A stretch of DNA of 49,973 bases. Source: an uncultured Candidatus Saccharibacteria bacterium (GTDB lineage Bacteria; Patescibacteriota; Doudnabacteria; UBA920; O2-02-FULL-48-8). Below are positions 1-8,555 of the stretch, in pieces. Position 1 is the first letter of the stretch, and each line of letters opens with the position of its first letter. The stretch covers positions 1 to 49,973 of the forward strand of contig CAZOKE010000003.1 in assembly GCA_964580495.1 (NCBI GenBank). Direction: 5' to 3'. The notes under the pieces are model-generated. The model saw only the letters and a list, made by a program, of their open reading frames with translations. It was not told the origin of the DNA and searched no databases. A program made the position numbers and the translations under genes.

Positions 1-142
1 CCAAAACAACCTTGCCTTTTATAGATCCGGATAAATTTTCCACAGCCGACCAAACCAATTTAGTATATGGCAGCCGATTAGGCAGAACTTTATCCGCCCA
101 AACATCCGCGTCTTCGTCCCAGCGTTTCAAATCATCATTCAT
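1..142 (-). CDS. hypothetical protein, N-terminal fragment running off the left window edge (possibly SAM-dependent methyltransferase)
   Basis: ATG at 142-140 opens MNDDLKRWDEDADVWADKVLPNRLPYTKLVWSAVENLSGSIKGKVVL, which stays open to position 1. The sequence stops just where a VLDxGxG motif would begin. It is too short for the ORF track. Confidence 0.3.
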   Translation of the reverse strand, partial: MNDDLKRWDEDADVWADKVLPNRLPYTKLVWSAVENLSGSIKGKVVL

Positions 143-159
143 CCCGAGGAAATCTCTTT

Positions 160-1167
160 CTACTTAACAGTAATGGTGCCCTTGATAATTGGGCTTAGGG
201 TATCTGTGTAGCTAAAAATTCCAATTTTGCTGAAAGTGAATGTATAGGTATCTCCTTGTTTGAGATCAGTGGAGCCGAAGCCCGAAATGTCGGACCCCGT
301 GGAAGTGTCAATTGCCAAATGATGAGTGGTTGAATCTTTGTTCGTCCAAACCACAGTGTCACCTTTATTGATTGTGACATTAGGCAAAACATTGCCCAAA
401 ATATTCACCTTCAGAGTTTTGGCATTGGGATTGATCTGATTGGCCTGAGTGGCGTTCGCAGGTTTGAGCGTGGTTAAGGTCGGTTCATGCAAACCATAAG
501 CCTGGATATTCGTTTGGATTTGTTGCAGCCTAGTGTCGGTGAATTTCAACCCCGGCGTGAGCGGATCATAGCCATTTCTAATTTCAATGCCGTCGTTGTA
601 GTCGTTCTGTTTGGCTATATCCCTAGTGTCTGTGTATTTTTGCAGAGGCAAAGTGTTGTAGATATGGACTTCATCGCCATCCGCTATGCCGTCGCTGTCA
701 GTATCGGAAACCACTGGACTGGTCCCGGCTACGAACTCTTCATAATTTGTGAGGCCGTCTTTATCCGGATCAGCAGCTTCTCCACAAATATTATCGTTGC
801 TGCAAACCCCGTCTGCATCCAAATTTTGAGAAAAATATTGCTGGAGCCAGGTTTTCGGGAGCCTAGACGCGTTCTGATTTTGCCCAGCAGGGGCTTTCTT
901 AAACGGCCCGAGAAAATAATATCCTAATCCTCCCAAAATCAGCAGGACAATTAAAGCAATGATAATATAGGGCAAAACAGATTTGCGAGCAGAGGATTCG
1001 GATTTAGCTGGGATGCTTGGAGCAGATGATACAACGTGAGTCGGGGTTTCTGGCGGCGGCGGCGGAATGTTTACCGGAGTTTGGTCAACTATCTTTCCGC
1101 CGGATTTAGGCATGACCACAAAGCTGACTTCTTGTTTCTCCGGCGTATTTGGTTTTGTTTCAGACAT
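160..1167 (-). CDS. membrane-anchored surface protein with thrombospondin-type-3-like Ca-binding repeats and a Cys-less cupredoxin-like C-terminal domain
   Basis: 335 aa with a Pro-rich N-terminus and one TM helix (LPYIIIALIVLLILGGLGYYFL). It has acidic DxDxDG-type repeats (DPDKDGLTNYEE, DTDSDGIADGDE). The C-terminal beta-rich segment runs GDTVVWTNKDSTTHHL...GTITVK. Confidence 0.7.
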   Translation of the reverse strand: MSETKPNTPEKQEVSFVVMPKSGGKIVDQTPVNIPPPPPETPTHVVSSAPSIPAKSESSARKSVLPYIIIALIVLLILGGLGYYFLGPFKKAPAGQNQNASRLPKTWLQQYFSQNLDADGVCSNDNICGEAADPDKDGLTNYEEFVAGTSPVVSDTDSDGIADGDEVHIYNTLPLQKYTDTRDIAKQNDYNDGIEIRNGYDPLTPGLKFTDTRLQQIQTNIQAYGLHEPTLTTLKPANATQANQINPNAKTLKVNILGNVLPNVTINKGDTVVWTNKDSTTHHLAIDTSTGSDISGFGSTDLKQGDTYTFTFSKIGIFSYTDTLSPIIKGTITVK

Positions 1168-1183
1168 AGAGGTTTGTTAATTT

Positions 1184-2206
1184 TTAAAATTGGCTTAAAA
1201 GGCGCTGGTCGTTTTGATAAAGCATCCTTATATCCGGGATGTTGTATTTCAGCATAGCGACTCTGGAAATGCCTAGTCCAAAAGCAAATCCGGTGTATTT
1301 ATCTTTCGGGTATCCGGCAGCCTCGAATACTTTCGGGTGAATCATGCCAGCCCCGCCCATTTCCAGCCAGCCGGTGTGGCAGACCGAACAGCCTTTTTTA
1401 TTGCAAAATATGCAGCTCATTATAATTTCCAGGCTTGGTTCGGTAAACGGGAAATAAGACGACCGAAGCTTAATCTCTACATTTTTGCCGAACAGGCTTT
1501 GGAATGTCTGGATTAACACTGCTTTTAGGTTTGCCAGTGAAATATTTTCGCCGACCATAAATCCCTCGGCATAATCCCAAGTGTGCTCATGCCTAGCATC
1601 TGTTGCTTCGTGGCGAAACACGCGGCCGGACGAAATCACCGCAAAAGGCGGAGTAAACTCCTCCATAACCCGCACTTGCATTGGGCTTATGTGAGTGCGC
1701 AAAACTTTTTTGTATTTTGACTTGGCTTCCGTATTTTTTACGTAAAAAGTATCCCACATATCGCGAGCCGGGTGTTCAGCCGGGATGTTTAGCGCTTCAA
1801 AGTTGTAATAATCCGATTCGATCTCCGGGCCAAGCATCGCGGCAAACCCCATTTGCCTGAAAATTTTCTCAATTTCGTTGCGTATCTGTGTTATAGGATG
1901 AATGTGCCCGAGGAGAGTTTGGCCGTCGACAGTCAAATCCAAAAAATCCAATTTGCCTTGGTTTAAAAGCTTGTTGCGGGTTTCGTCAATCTGTTTCCAG
2001 ATTTCGATTTTCACTTCGTTGGCTTCCCTGCCCAAGCTCCGCCGCTCGCCCTCGGATAGATTTTTAATGTTGCGCAAAACATTATTCAAAAGGCCCGAAG
2101 ACCGCCCAAAATATTTCACTACCAAAGCGTCCAGTTCCTCCACACTGGAAACTTTGGCCAAATCTTCGAGCGCGTCTTGTTTCAGATTTTTCAAACTCTC
2201 TGTCAT
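1184..2206 (-). CDS. pheS: phenylalanine--tRNA ligase alpha subunit
   Basis: 340 aa with the class II aaRS core (FRHEATDARHEHTW, FTEPSLEI, GFAFGLGISRVAML). There is a 4-nt overlap with the upstream gene. Confidence 0.95.
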   Translation of the reverse strand: MTESLKNLKQDALEDLAKVSSVEELDALVVKYFGRSSGLLNNVLRNIKNLSEGERRSLGREANEVKIEIWKQIDETRNKLLNQGKLDFLDLTVDGQTLLGHIHPITQIRNEIEKIFRQMGFAAMLGPEIESDYYNFEALNIPAEHPARDMWDTFYVKNTEAKSKYKKVLRTHISPMQVRVMEEFTPPFAVISSGRVFRHEATDARHEHTWDYAEGFMVGENISLANLKAVLIQTFQSLFGKNVEIKLRSSYFPFTEPSLEIIMSCIFCNKKGCSVCHTGWLEMGGAGMIHPKVFEAAGYPKDKYTGFAFGLGISRVAMLKYNIPDIRMLYQNDQRLLSQF

Positions 2207-2574
2207 TTATATAGAAAATAAGCTTCCAAAAAAACCAAGCACAACACCACCAGCGTCCCGTTCAGCCAATTAAACAAGTTAACGGAAAGCAGGACCAAAC
2301 TTACGACTACCAGTAGCATCAGCCAAAGCGACTGCCTGGCAGAGACTTGCAGGTGTTGGACTGCAAATTCTCTAACCCCAAACTTATGGCGTATGGCCAG
2401 GCTTATGGCAAAAGTAAGAGAAAACACCAGCGCAGAAACATCGAGATAAAATAAGACCGGATTTAAAACCCTGGTTTGAGGATCGAGTTTTGTGAGGATA
2501 AGCCAAAATCCCAGTGCCGAAGCAATTAAAACAAATAAACTTAAACTGATGGAAAATGTAATTAGTTTCGGCAA
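2203..2574 (-). CDS. hypothetical polytopic membrane protein
   Basis: 123 aa with about 4 hydrophobic helices. It is translationally coupled to pheS (ATGA overlap). Confidence 0.6.
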   Translation of the reverse strand: MPKLITFSISLSLFVLIASALGFWLILTKLDPQTRVLNPVLFYLDVSALVFSLTFAISLAIRHKFGVREFAVQHLQVSARQSLWLMLLVVVSLVLLSVNLFNWLNGTLVVLCLVFLEAYFLYK

Positions 2575-2627
2575 TTTAGGATTTGGAAGTAGCCTAAATT
2601 ATACCAGAAAATGGAGGAATTTCCAAA

Positions 2628-5627
2628 TTATCGCTCCAAATGCCGGAATTTACAATCATGAGAGTGCCGCAAGTCGGCTTCATAAAAGCTGTTTGTCTCA
2701 ATTGTTCGGACAATCTCCTCTATAGTCTCCAGGAGTTTGCTTTTTAGTTTTTCGATATCCTCAGTACTGCCCTTGAAAGGCAAAGTATTTTGTAGGTCAG
2801 CCAAATACCAATAAGTCAGATTCGAAACTTTTTCCCCGAATCCCTGCTGGGCCGCCCACTGGTAAATTAAAAGCTGGTCGCGGTCAACTTGCTCAAGCTT
2901 GGTCCGCGGCTGCCCGGTTTTATAATCAATTATGTCCAATGACCCGTCAGGGTTTAAATCGGCGCGGTCAATTCGCCCCTTAAACTTATACTTGCCCAAA
3001 ACCAGCCTGAACGGCTGCTCCAAATATTTCGGGAGTTTGGGATCTTCGGAAATTTTTTGGTAAAAGTTTTCCAAATACCGGTAGCCTGACTTGCGATATT
3101 CTTCTTTGTTGGCTTTGCTGTCATACCAGTCATCAATCCACGAATCTTCATAAAATTTATCCAACTGCTCTTTTTTTGGAATTTGGATTTTATCAAGCTT
3201 GGTTCCGAATAAATCCGCTTGCTGCACCGAATTGATCTGGATCATGTTTTGCAGGAATTTCTTGAGCGCATTGTGCACGGTGGACCCAAACGACAAAGCG
3301 GCAGCGCCAGGCAGCGGCAGCTTGTACATGTATTTATATTTATACTCCAGCGGGCATTTTTTGAAAGTTGAAATTTGCGAGAAATCAAAAGCTTCCGGCA
3401 ATAAAAACCGGTGTTCGTTCAGCTTTAAGTTTAATGCGGGCTGCTGCGCGAAGAAAACCTCGCCTGCCGGTTTGATCCGTTCCCGTGCTGTTTCCAAACC
3501 GGCTTCGATCAGGAATTGCGAAGGTTTCTTGAGACTAGCGCCGCCGTATTCGTCAGCCCAAGTAAAGAACAAAAATTGTTTGGCTCTTGTAGCCGCGACA
3601 TAAAACAATCTTCGTTCTTCCATAAGATGCGCGTCCCCTTCCGGCAGAATTTCTTTCACTAATTTTTCGGGAAGTTCGATCTGCTCTCGCCGGTCCCTGG
3701 ATGGGAACCTTTGCTCCACCATGTTTATCACAAACACACAAGAGAATTCCAATCCCTTCGCCGAGTGGATGGTCATTACTTTAATAGCTTCGGGCCCGGA
3801 ATCGGGGCTTGCGACGAGTGTGCCGCTATCTCCCGCCTCTTGTTCGAGTGAAATCTCCTCCAGAAAAGATTTAAGGGACTTATCGCCCTGATCCTGCGAA
3901 AAATCCTGCACCTTGCGGTAAAACTGTTCCAGCAAATTCCTGTTTTCCACGTTTTCCAAACTATCTTCCGCCAGCTGGTCGGCAACACCAAGATCGCGCA
4001 CGATCCGAACGAACAATTCCGAGATGTTTAGCTCGTTTGCCAACTTGCAATGCCGTTCCAAAAGCGACAAAAACTCAGCGACTTTGGCATGCGTTTCCTC
4101 CGCGACATGCGTAAGCGTTGGTAATTGTTTGAGCACTTCATACAGTGACAACGAACGGCGTGAAGCGGTATGCGTTATACCTACTAAATCTTCATGGTTG
4201 AACCGGAATTTCTTCATACCTAAAACGCGAAACAGATAGTCGTTTTGGTGAAAATTGTCCAGAAGTTTAAGGTAAGACAGCAGATCGATGATCAGGGGTT
4301 TGCGGTACAAGCCGCGGCTTGCCACGTAAATGTAAGGCAAATTCCGGCGCGATAATTCGGACAAGAAAGCTTCCGCATGGTCATTGGCTCGCGCGAGGAC
4401 AGCAAAATCATTAAATGAAAGGTTTTCATTCTCCTGCAGTTCCAGAATTTTGTCCGCCACGGCTTTTGCTTCTTCGTAAACATTTTTCGTATGCAGGACC
4501 GCTATTTCGCCCTTTTGGTTATTGTGGCTTTTTAATTTTTTGGAAATTTTCAGCCGAGCTTCCAGGCGGTAGGGATTGTTGCGCTGAATAAAACCGTACG
4601 ACAAGTCCAAAATATTCTGGACTGACCGGTAGTTGTCCACCAAAGTAATTTCAGAGGCTTTTGGATAATCTTCTTTGAATTTGAGGATATTGGAAATCGA
4701 AGCGCCGCGAAATTTGTATATTGATTGGTCATCGTCCCCGACCACGGTTATGTTGTTCTGCGGATGCGACAATAATCTCACCAACTCGTATTGGGCCAAA
4801 TCAGTATCTTGGAATTCGTCAACCAAAATATACTTAAATTTCTCCTGGTAAAACTTCAGGATCTTGGGCCTGGTTTCGAAAAGCTTCAATGTGTAATTGA
4901 TAAGATCGCGAAAATCCAAATATGAATTATCCAATAACAATTTTTGGTACGTATAGAAAGCATTAACCAATTCCATCACTCTCGATGCTTCGGCCGGATC
5001 GACCTCGGTCTCTGATTTAAGCCTGAGTTTGGGTTTTCGTGCTTTGTTTTTGATTTCCGCAGAATCAAAGCTCAGCTGCAGCGACTGGGCATATTCCAAA
5101 TATTGTTCCGGAGTGACTCCTTCCCGCTTGGCGGCTTCAAAGTGCCGGAGCAGGCCGTGTATAAATTTGCCCGGATTGCCTTTAGGTTTGTAATAATCCA
5201 AATTGAAATCATAAATATGCTGGCGCATCATAATCCACGCTTTGGTATCGTCCAAAATCTTGAAATCCCCAGGGATGCCAATGTCGATTGCATGCTGTTT
5301 GAGCAGTTTTTCGGCGAATGCGTCAAATGTCGAAATTGTAATTTCCGAATATCCCAAAGGCATCAGCTGGTCCACGCGCTCCTCCATTTCGCCTGTGGCT
5401 TTCACGGTGAAAGTCAAAGCCAAAATTTCTTCAGGCTTTGCTAAACCCTGATCCAAAAGATAAGCTATGCGCCGGGTTAAAACTGTGGTTTTTCCCGTAC
5501 CGGCGCCGGCAATTATCAAAAGCGGCCCTCCGCCAGCTGGCGGACCAAAAGTCACTGCCTTTTCTTGATTGGAATTTAAGCCATCCAATATTTTAGATTT
5601 CTCATTAATTTTCGCGATTTTTTTCAT
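2628..5627 (-). CDS. UvrD/PcrA-family ATP-dependent DNA helicase fused to a RecB-family PD-(D/E)XK nuclease (AddA-like)
   Basis: 999 aa with Walker A AGAGTGKT, DEFQD and UvrD-type motifs. The C-terminal nuclease motifs are GRIDRAD...DIIDYKTG...QLLIYQ. Confidence 0.9.
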   Translation of the reverse strand: MKKIAKINEKSKILDGLNSNQEKAVTFGPPAGGGPLLIIAGAGTGKTTVLTRRIAYLLDQGLAKPEEILALTFTVKATGEMEERVDQLMPLGYSEITISTFDAFAEKLLKQHAIDIGIPGDFKILDDTKAWIMMRQHIYDFNLDYYKPKGNPGKFIHGLLRHFEAAKREGVTPEQYLEYAQSLQLSFDSAEIKNKARKPKLRLKSETEVDPAEASRVMELVNAFYTYQKLLLDNSYLDFRDLINYTLKLFETRPKILKFYQEKFKYILVDEFQDTDLAQYELVRLLSHPQNNITVVGDDDQSIYKFRGASISNILKFKEDYPKASEITLVDNYRSVQNILDLSYGFIQRNNPYRLEARLKISKKLKSHNNQKGEIAVLHTKNVYEEAKAVADKILELQENENLSFNDFAVLARANDHAEAFLSELSRRNLPYIYVASRGLYRKPLIIDLLSYLKLLDNFHQNDYLFRVLGMKKFRFNHEDLVGITHTASRRSLSLYEVLKQLPTLTHVAEETHAKVAEFLSLLERHCKLANELNISELFVRIVRDLGVADQLAEDSLENVENRNLLEQFYRKVQDFSQDQGDKSLKSFLEEISLEQEAGDSGTLVASPDSGPEAIKVMTIHSAKGLEFSCVFVINMVEQRFPSRDRREQIELPEKLVKEILPEGDAHLMEERRLFYVAATRAKQFLFFTWADEYGGASLKKPSQFLIEAGLETARERIKPAGEVFFAQQPALNLKLNEHRFLLPEAFDFSQISTFKKCPLEYKYKYMYKLPLPGAAALSFGSTVHNALKKFLQNMIQINSVQQADLFGTKLDKIQIPKKEQLDKFYEDSWIDDWYDSKANKEEYRKSGYRYLENFYQKISEDPKLPKYLEQPFRLVLGKYKFKGRIDRADLNPDGSLDIIDYKTGQPRTKLEQVDRDQLLIYQWAAQQGFGEKVSNLTYWYLADLQNTLPFKGSTEDIEKLKSKLLETIEEIVRTIETNSFYEADLRHSHDCKFRHLER

Positions 5628-5633
5628 ATTTGG

Positions 5634-5669
5634 ATTATATCAAAATTTTCGTATTTTCGTACTTTCGTA
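5634..5669 (-). promoter_or_regulatory. extended -10 promoter (TGATATAAT) preceded by three tandem TACGAAAR octamers; predicted leaderless start of the helicase gene
   Basis: The minus strand reads TACGAAAG TACGAAAA TACGAAAA tttTGaTATAAT ccaaat ATG. Only 6 nt separate the -10 from the ATG at 5627. Confidence 0.45.
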
Positions 5670-5673
5670 GGCA

Positions 5674-6709
5674 AAGAAAAAGGCCCCAGAATAGATCTGT
5701 AGGCCGCGGGAAATCGCTGAAGCGGACGGAACAGGAATGAATTTATGAGACAGGGTGCGATTGGTTCTTTGATTGAGCGCTCAAAGATAAGCGATCCTCC
5801 TTGCAACAGGTGGAAAAGGTTTGTGGATCATCTCTAAGCTGAGATGACGTGTGGCGTGAGTTTAGGAAACCCGTAGCCACGAACCATAAACCGCCTGATT
5901 TGGGCAGTGGAGAACGCCGGGGCCCCGGCAATATCTCCATCACCAGCATAGCTCCACGCTCCCTGATTCGTCAAGCAAAAAGAAAAGACCAGTCCTGAGA
6001 GCTGACTGATCTTGGGTGAGTCGATTGACTCGTGCAGGATCCTCCTAGGATCCCGGCGTCTTCTGGTTACAGCCCAGAATTTAAGCTGATGGCTTCTGTA
6101 TCGCTGGTACAAAACGTTTCCTTGCGGAAGCCGTTCTAGACCAGTGGCATAATGCCGACTCAAACTCTGATGCTGTAGACCAGAAGAACAACCTTGATCG
6201 GCTGTCTCACATCCCTCGCGCCGAAGCGCGAAAGTCGTGTTACAATTCGACTTGCGCCGAACCTTGGAACCTTCTCCAAGTACCTTTCCTTCAGAAGACT
6301 TGCGTCCTCCAGCCTGATCCTTCAGGATCTGGCATTGGCCCACGGTTCTGGGTCCCGAATCACACATCGCTTTCGAGCTCCGGCTTGAAGCATTTCTGCC
6401 CCGCACCCCGGTGCTGCCTGGTTATCCGCAACCAGAAATTTGCGATTGCATAGACCTCTGATTTTGCTTTGTCCCGGGTATAACCCTGGGAGGCTTGGTT
6501 CGTCGGATCACGAACCGATCATTGGTCCATTTGTGATTGGAATATTCGACTGATTCGAACTGGTGTTGTACACCTGGCATTTGTTGGAACAAATACTAAG
6601 TCTTACACCGGGTCTACTTCAGATCGAGGTAAGAACCACTTTATACCTAACCTATTTTACCGTCAAGGTGCATAAAGTGGATGAATTGTGGATAAGTATT
6701 TTCATACTT
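5674..6709 (-). ncRNA. candidate large (~0.95-1.0 kb) structured non-coding RNA, unclassified
   Basis: The region is visibly G+C-richer than its flanks and has no credible CDS. It contains more than 20 local hairpins. On the minus strand many are capped by stable tetraloops: GCAA at 6118-6129, 6246-6261 and 6295-6308; UUCG on a 9-bp stem at 6213-6234; UGAA at 6312-6333; GAAA at 6694-6709. It ends in an interrupted stem plus UUUUUCUUU near 5674-5705. Boundaries are approximate. Confidence 0.55.
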
Positions 6710-6744
6710 AAAATAAAAAATTACGTAATTAAATAAGTAATTCC

Positions 6745-6821
6745 TGGTGCGCTTGGCTGGACTCGAACCAGCGGCCTTCTCCTCCGGAGGGAGACGCTCT
6801 AATCCACTGAGCTACAAGCGC
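6745..6821 (-). tRNA. tRNA-Arg (anticodon CCG)
   Basis: Hand-folded 77-nt cloverleaf: GCGCTTG/CAAGCGC acceptor, anticodon loop CTCCGGA, T-loop TTCGAGT, encoded CCA. Confidence 0.9.
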
Positions 6822-6865
6822 TCTCGTCGTAATTGGTCGACACTACGCGTCCGTTCGCAAACTCA

Positions 6866-7384
6866 TTATTTTCGCCGGTGGCCGTTTCGGATTGGCATCA
6901 AATATTTGCGGGGGTCACCATCCAAGTCTAAATAATAATCCACAAGCTCGCGCATCTTTGTGGAAGTGGACTTACCAAATGACACGAGCTCTACTTTGAC
7001 ACCCTGGATTTGAAGATATTCTAAAAGCGGAATATAGTCGCCGTCACCCGATGCCAGCACTACAACATCTAACTTAGGCAAAAGCTTTATGATATCCATA
7101 ACAATTCCCACATCCCAGTCGCCCTTCTTGGCCCCGCCGTAAAAACTTTGGAGTTCTTTGAGCTTGACCTCAAAGCCGGCTTTCTTCAAAGCATCAAAAA
7201 AAGTCTGCTCTTCCGGCATGTCAGCTTTGATGCCATAAGCAATGGCCCGAACCAGCGGCCGATCGCCTACCGCGTCTTTCAAAATATTGGAAAAGTTAAC
7301 CCTGGCATTATAAACGTTTCTTGCCGTGTAATAAAAATTTTGCACATCCACGAAAACCCCTACCCGTTGTTCTGCTCTTGGCAT
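6866..7384 (-). CDS. NYN (LabA-like, PIN-fold) domain protein, putative RNase
   Basis: The ORF-track start at 7510 would overlap rmuC. The internal ATG at 7384 gives MPRAEQRVGVFVDVQNFYY...ASGDGDYIPLLEYLQ, the NYN domain pattern. Confidence 0.8.
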   Translation of the reverse strand: MPRAEQRVGVFVDVQNFYYTARNVYNARVNFSNILKDAVGDRPLVRAIAYGIKADMPEEQTFFDALKKAGFEVKLKELQSFYGGAKKGDWDVGIVMDIIKLLPKLDVVVLASGDGDYIPLLEYLQIQGVKVELVSFGKSTSTKMRELVDYYLDLDGDPRKYLMPIRNGHRRK

Positions 7385-7397
7385 ATTTAAAATTAAA

Positions 7398-8423
7398 TTA
7401 TAATAATTTGTCTGAAATTGTTTCTGGCAATTTTTGCGATTCTTTTTCACCCTCGAGTTGCAAGTTGGCGGCGTTCCCAATCTGGGTCCGCAGTTTGCTG
7501 TATCCATCAACCAATGTTCCCATGCTGTTGTTGGTATTCTTCACATGGTTAGCCATCGTGTCCAACATTTTCCCGAATTTATCCGACTCCTGCTTGATGC
7601 CGTTTATAGCCGCCAAAACTTGCTGGGCAGCTTTGCCGATTTGCTGCCCGCGAAGGGAAACTAAAATTGCTCGCAAATTGATATTCAATGTATTTGGCCC
7701 GACAACGACAACTTTCTTTGACCTGGCATAAGCCTGGGCATCCAAATTCTCAGCCACTTCCATATACACGCCTTCGCTTGGGATGAACATGAATGCATAA
7801 TCTAGAGTGCCTTCAGTGGGCAAGATGTATTTTTTGTGGATCTCATCGATGCGCTTTTTGACATCCTTAAGAAACGCTTTTTTCATGGTTTCCGCAGATT
7901 CGTCTGTTTTCGCTTCTTTATACAACCGATAATTTTCCATGCTGAATTTGCTGTCGATTGGGATTAGCACTTCCCCGACCTGAAGGGCAGCGTCCACTAC
8001 TTCGCCGTTTTTGAACCGATATTGAAACTTGCAAAGTTCTTTTGGAAATACGTCTGTAAGCAGGTTTTCCAAAATTTCTTCCCCAAAATTCCCGCGAAGC
8101 TTCGGGGATGTCAGAGTTTCGGTCAGCCTGCGGATATCCGGGCCGATTTGCGATACTCCACCCAGCTCCTTTGTAAGTTGCGCTATTACGCGCCCGGCAT
8201 TATCTAATCGTTCGTTTACAGCCTTGTTTAAATCCTTCAGCGTATCCTCGGTCCTCTGTTTGCTACTCACTGTTTCCTGTTTAATTTCCTTCATCCATTC
8301 CATCATCACATTCAAGGCTTCCGAATCTTTGGGCTTGGTCAAGAGTTTTTGGATAATCAAAATAACGGCGACGAAGCCGGCGACTATAACCCCCAAAATT
8401 GAATACACAACTTGATTTGGCAT
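7398..8423 (-). CDS. rmuC: DNA recombination protein RmuC
   Basis: 341 aa with an N-terminal TM helix plus coiled coil and an RmuC-family C-terminal region (FMFIPSEGVY, VVVVGPNTL). Confidence 0.85.
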   Translation of the reverse strand: MPNQVVYSILGVIVAGFVAVILIIQKLLTKPKDSEALNVMMEWMKEIKQETVSSKQRTEDTLKDLNKAVNERLDNAGRVIAQLTKELGGVSQIGPDIRRLTETLTSPKLRGNFGEEILENLLTDVFPKELCKFQYRFKNGEVVDAALQVGEVLIPIDSKFSMENYRLYKEAKTDESAETMKKAFLKDVKKRIDEIHKKYILPTEGTLDYAFMFIPSEGVYMEVAENLDAQAYARSKKVVVVGPNTLNINLRAILVSLRGQQIGKAAQQVLAAINGIKQESDKFGKMLDTMANHVKNTNNSMGTLVDGYSKLRTQIGNAANLQLEGEKESQKLPETISDKLL

Positions 8424-8470
8424 GCAGTGATTATACCAAAAAATCGCAATTTTTACTAACTATCCTACTA

Positions 8471-8500
8471 TTGCCAACGCTTGAGGTTTTGTAGTATAGT
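8471..8500 (+). promoter_or_regulatory. putative sigma70-type promoter (TTGCCA-18-TATAGT)
   Basis: The hexamers were read directly. The promoter lies 55 nt upstream of the ATG at 8556. Confidence 0.4.
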
Positions 8501-8555
8501 ATTACATCGATTTGAATATCGATTTTGGTTCCTTTTCATGCTTCTGGAGGATGAA

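Noticed and set aside
1184-2206. pheS not followed by pheT
   Set aside because: This is unusual relative to many bacteria, but gene-order scrambling is common in reduced genomes and pheT may lie elsewhere. It cannot be assessed from one window.
5834-6406. 190-codon minus-strand ORF (GTG start) inside the G+C-rich intergenic locus
   Set aside because: It has no SD and an Arg/Ser/Gly-rich low-complexity product with no motif. The DNA underneath is a continuous series of tetraloop-capped hairpins, so the open frame is best explained by high G+C in a structured-RNA locus.
5674-6709. Possibility that the large RNA locus is simply RNase P RNA, tmRNA, SRP RNA or an ORF-less group II intron
   Set aside because: I searched by eye on both strands for GGAAAGUCCGG / ACAGAAnCCGGCUUA (the RNase P P4 helix), a tRNA-like GGUUCGAAUCC...CCA 3' end with a tag ORF (tmRNA), the SRP domain IV GGAA/AGCA motif, and a 5' GUGYG plus a domain V hairpin with GNRA. 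I found none of them, and the span is about three times the size of those RNAs. This is a manual check only, so a covariance-model scan is still needed.
7385-7510. Upstream alternative-start extensions in the ORF track (NYN 7385-7510, atpC 13475-13516, GIY-YIG 20380-20412, the gene at 12922-12960, YkuK-like 40165-40212, the gene at 8481-8555)
   Set aside because: The extensions overlap upstream genes, terminator U-tracts or repeat hairpins and add non-conserved residues. In each case an internal ATG coincides with the start of the recognisable domain, often with an SD.
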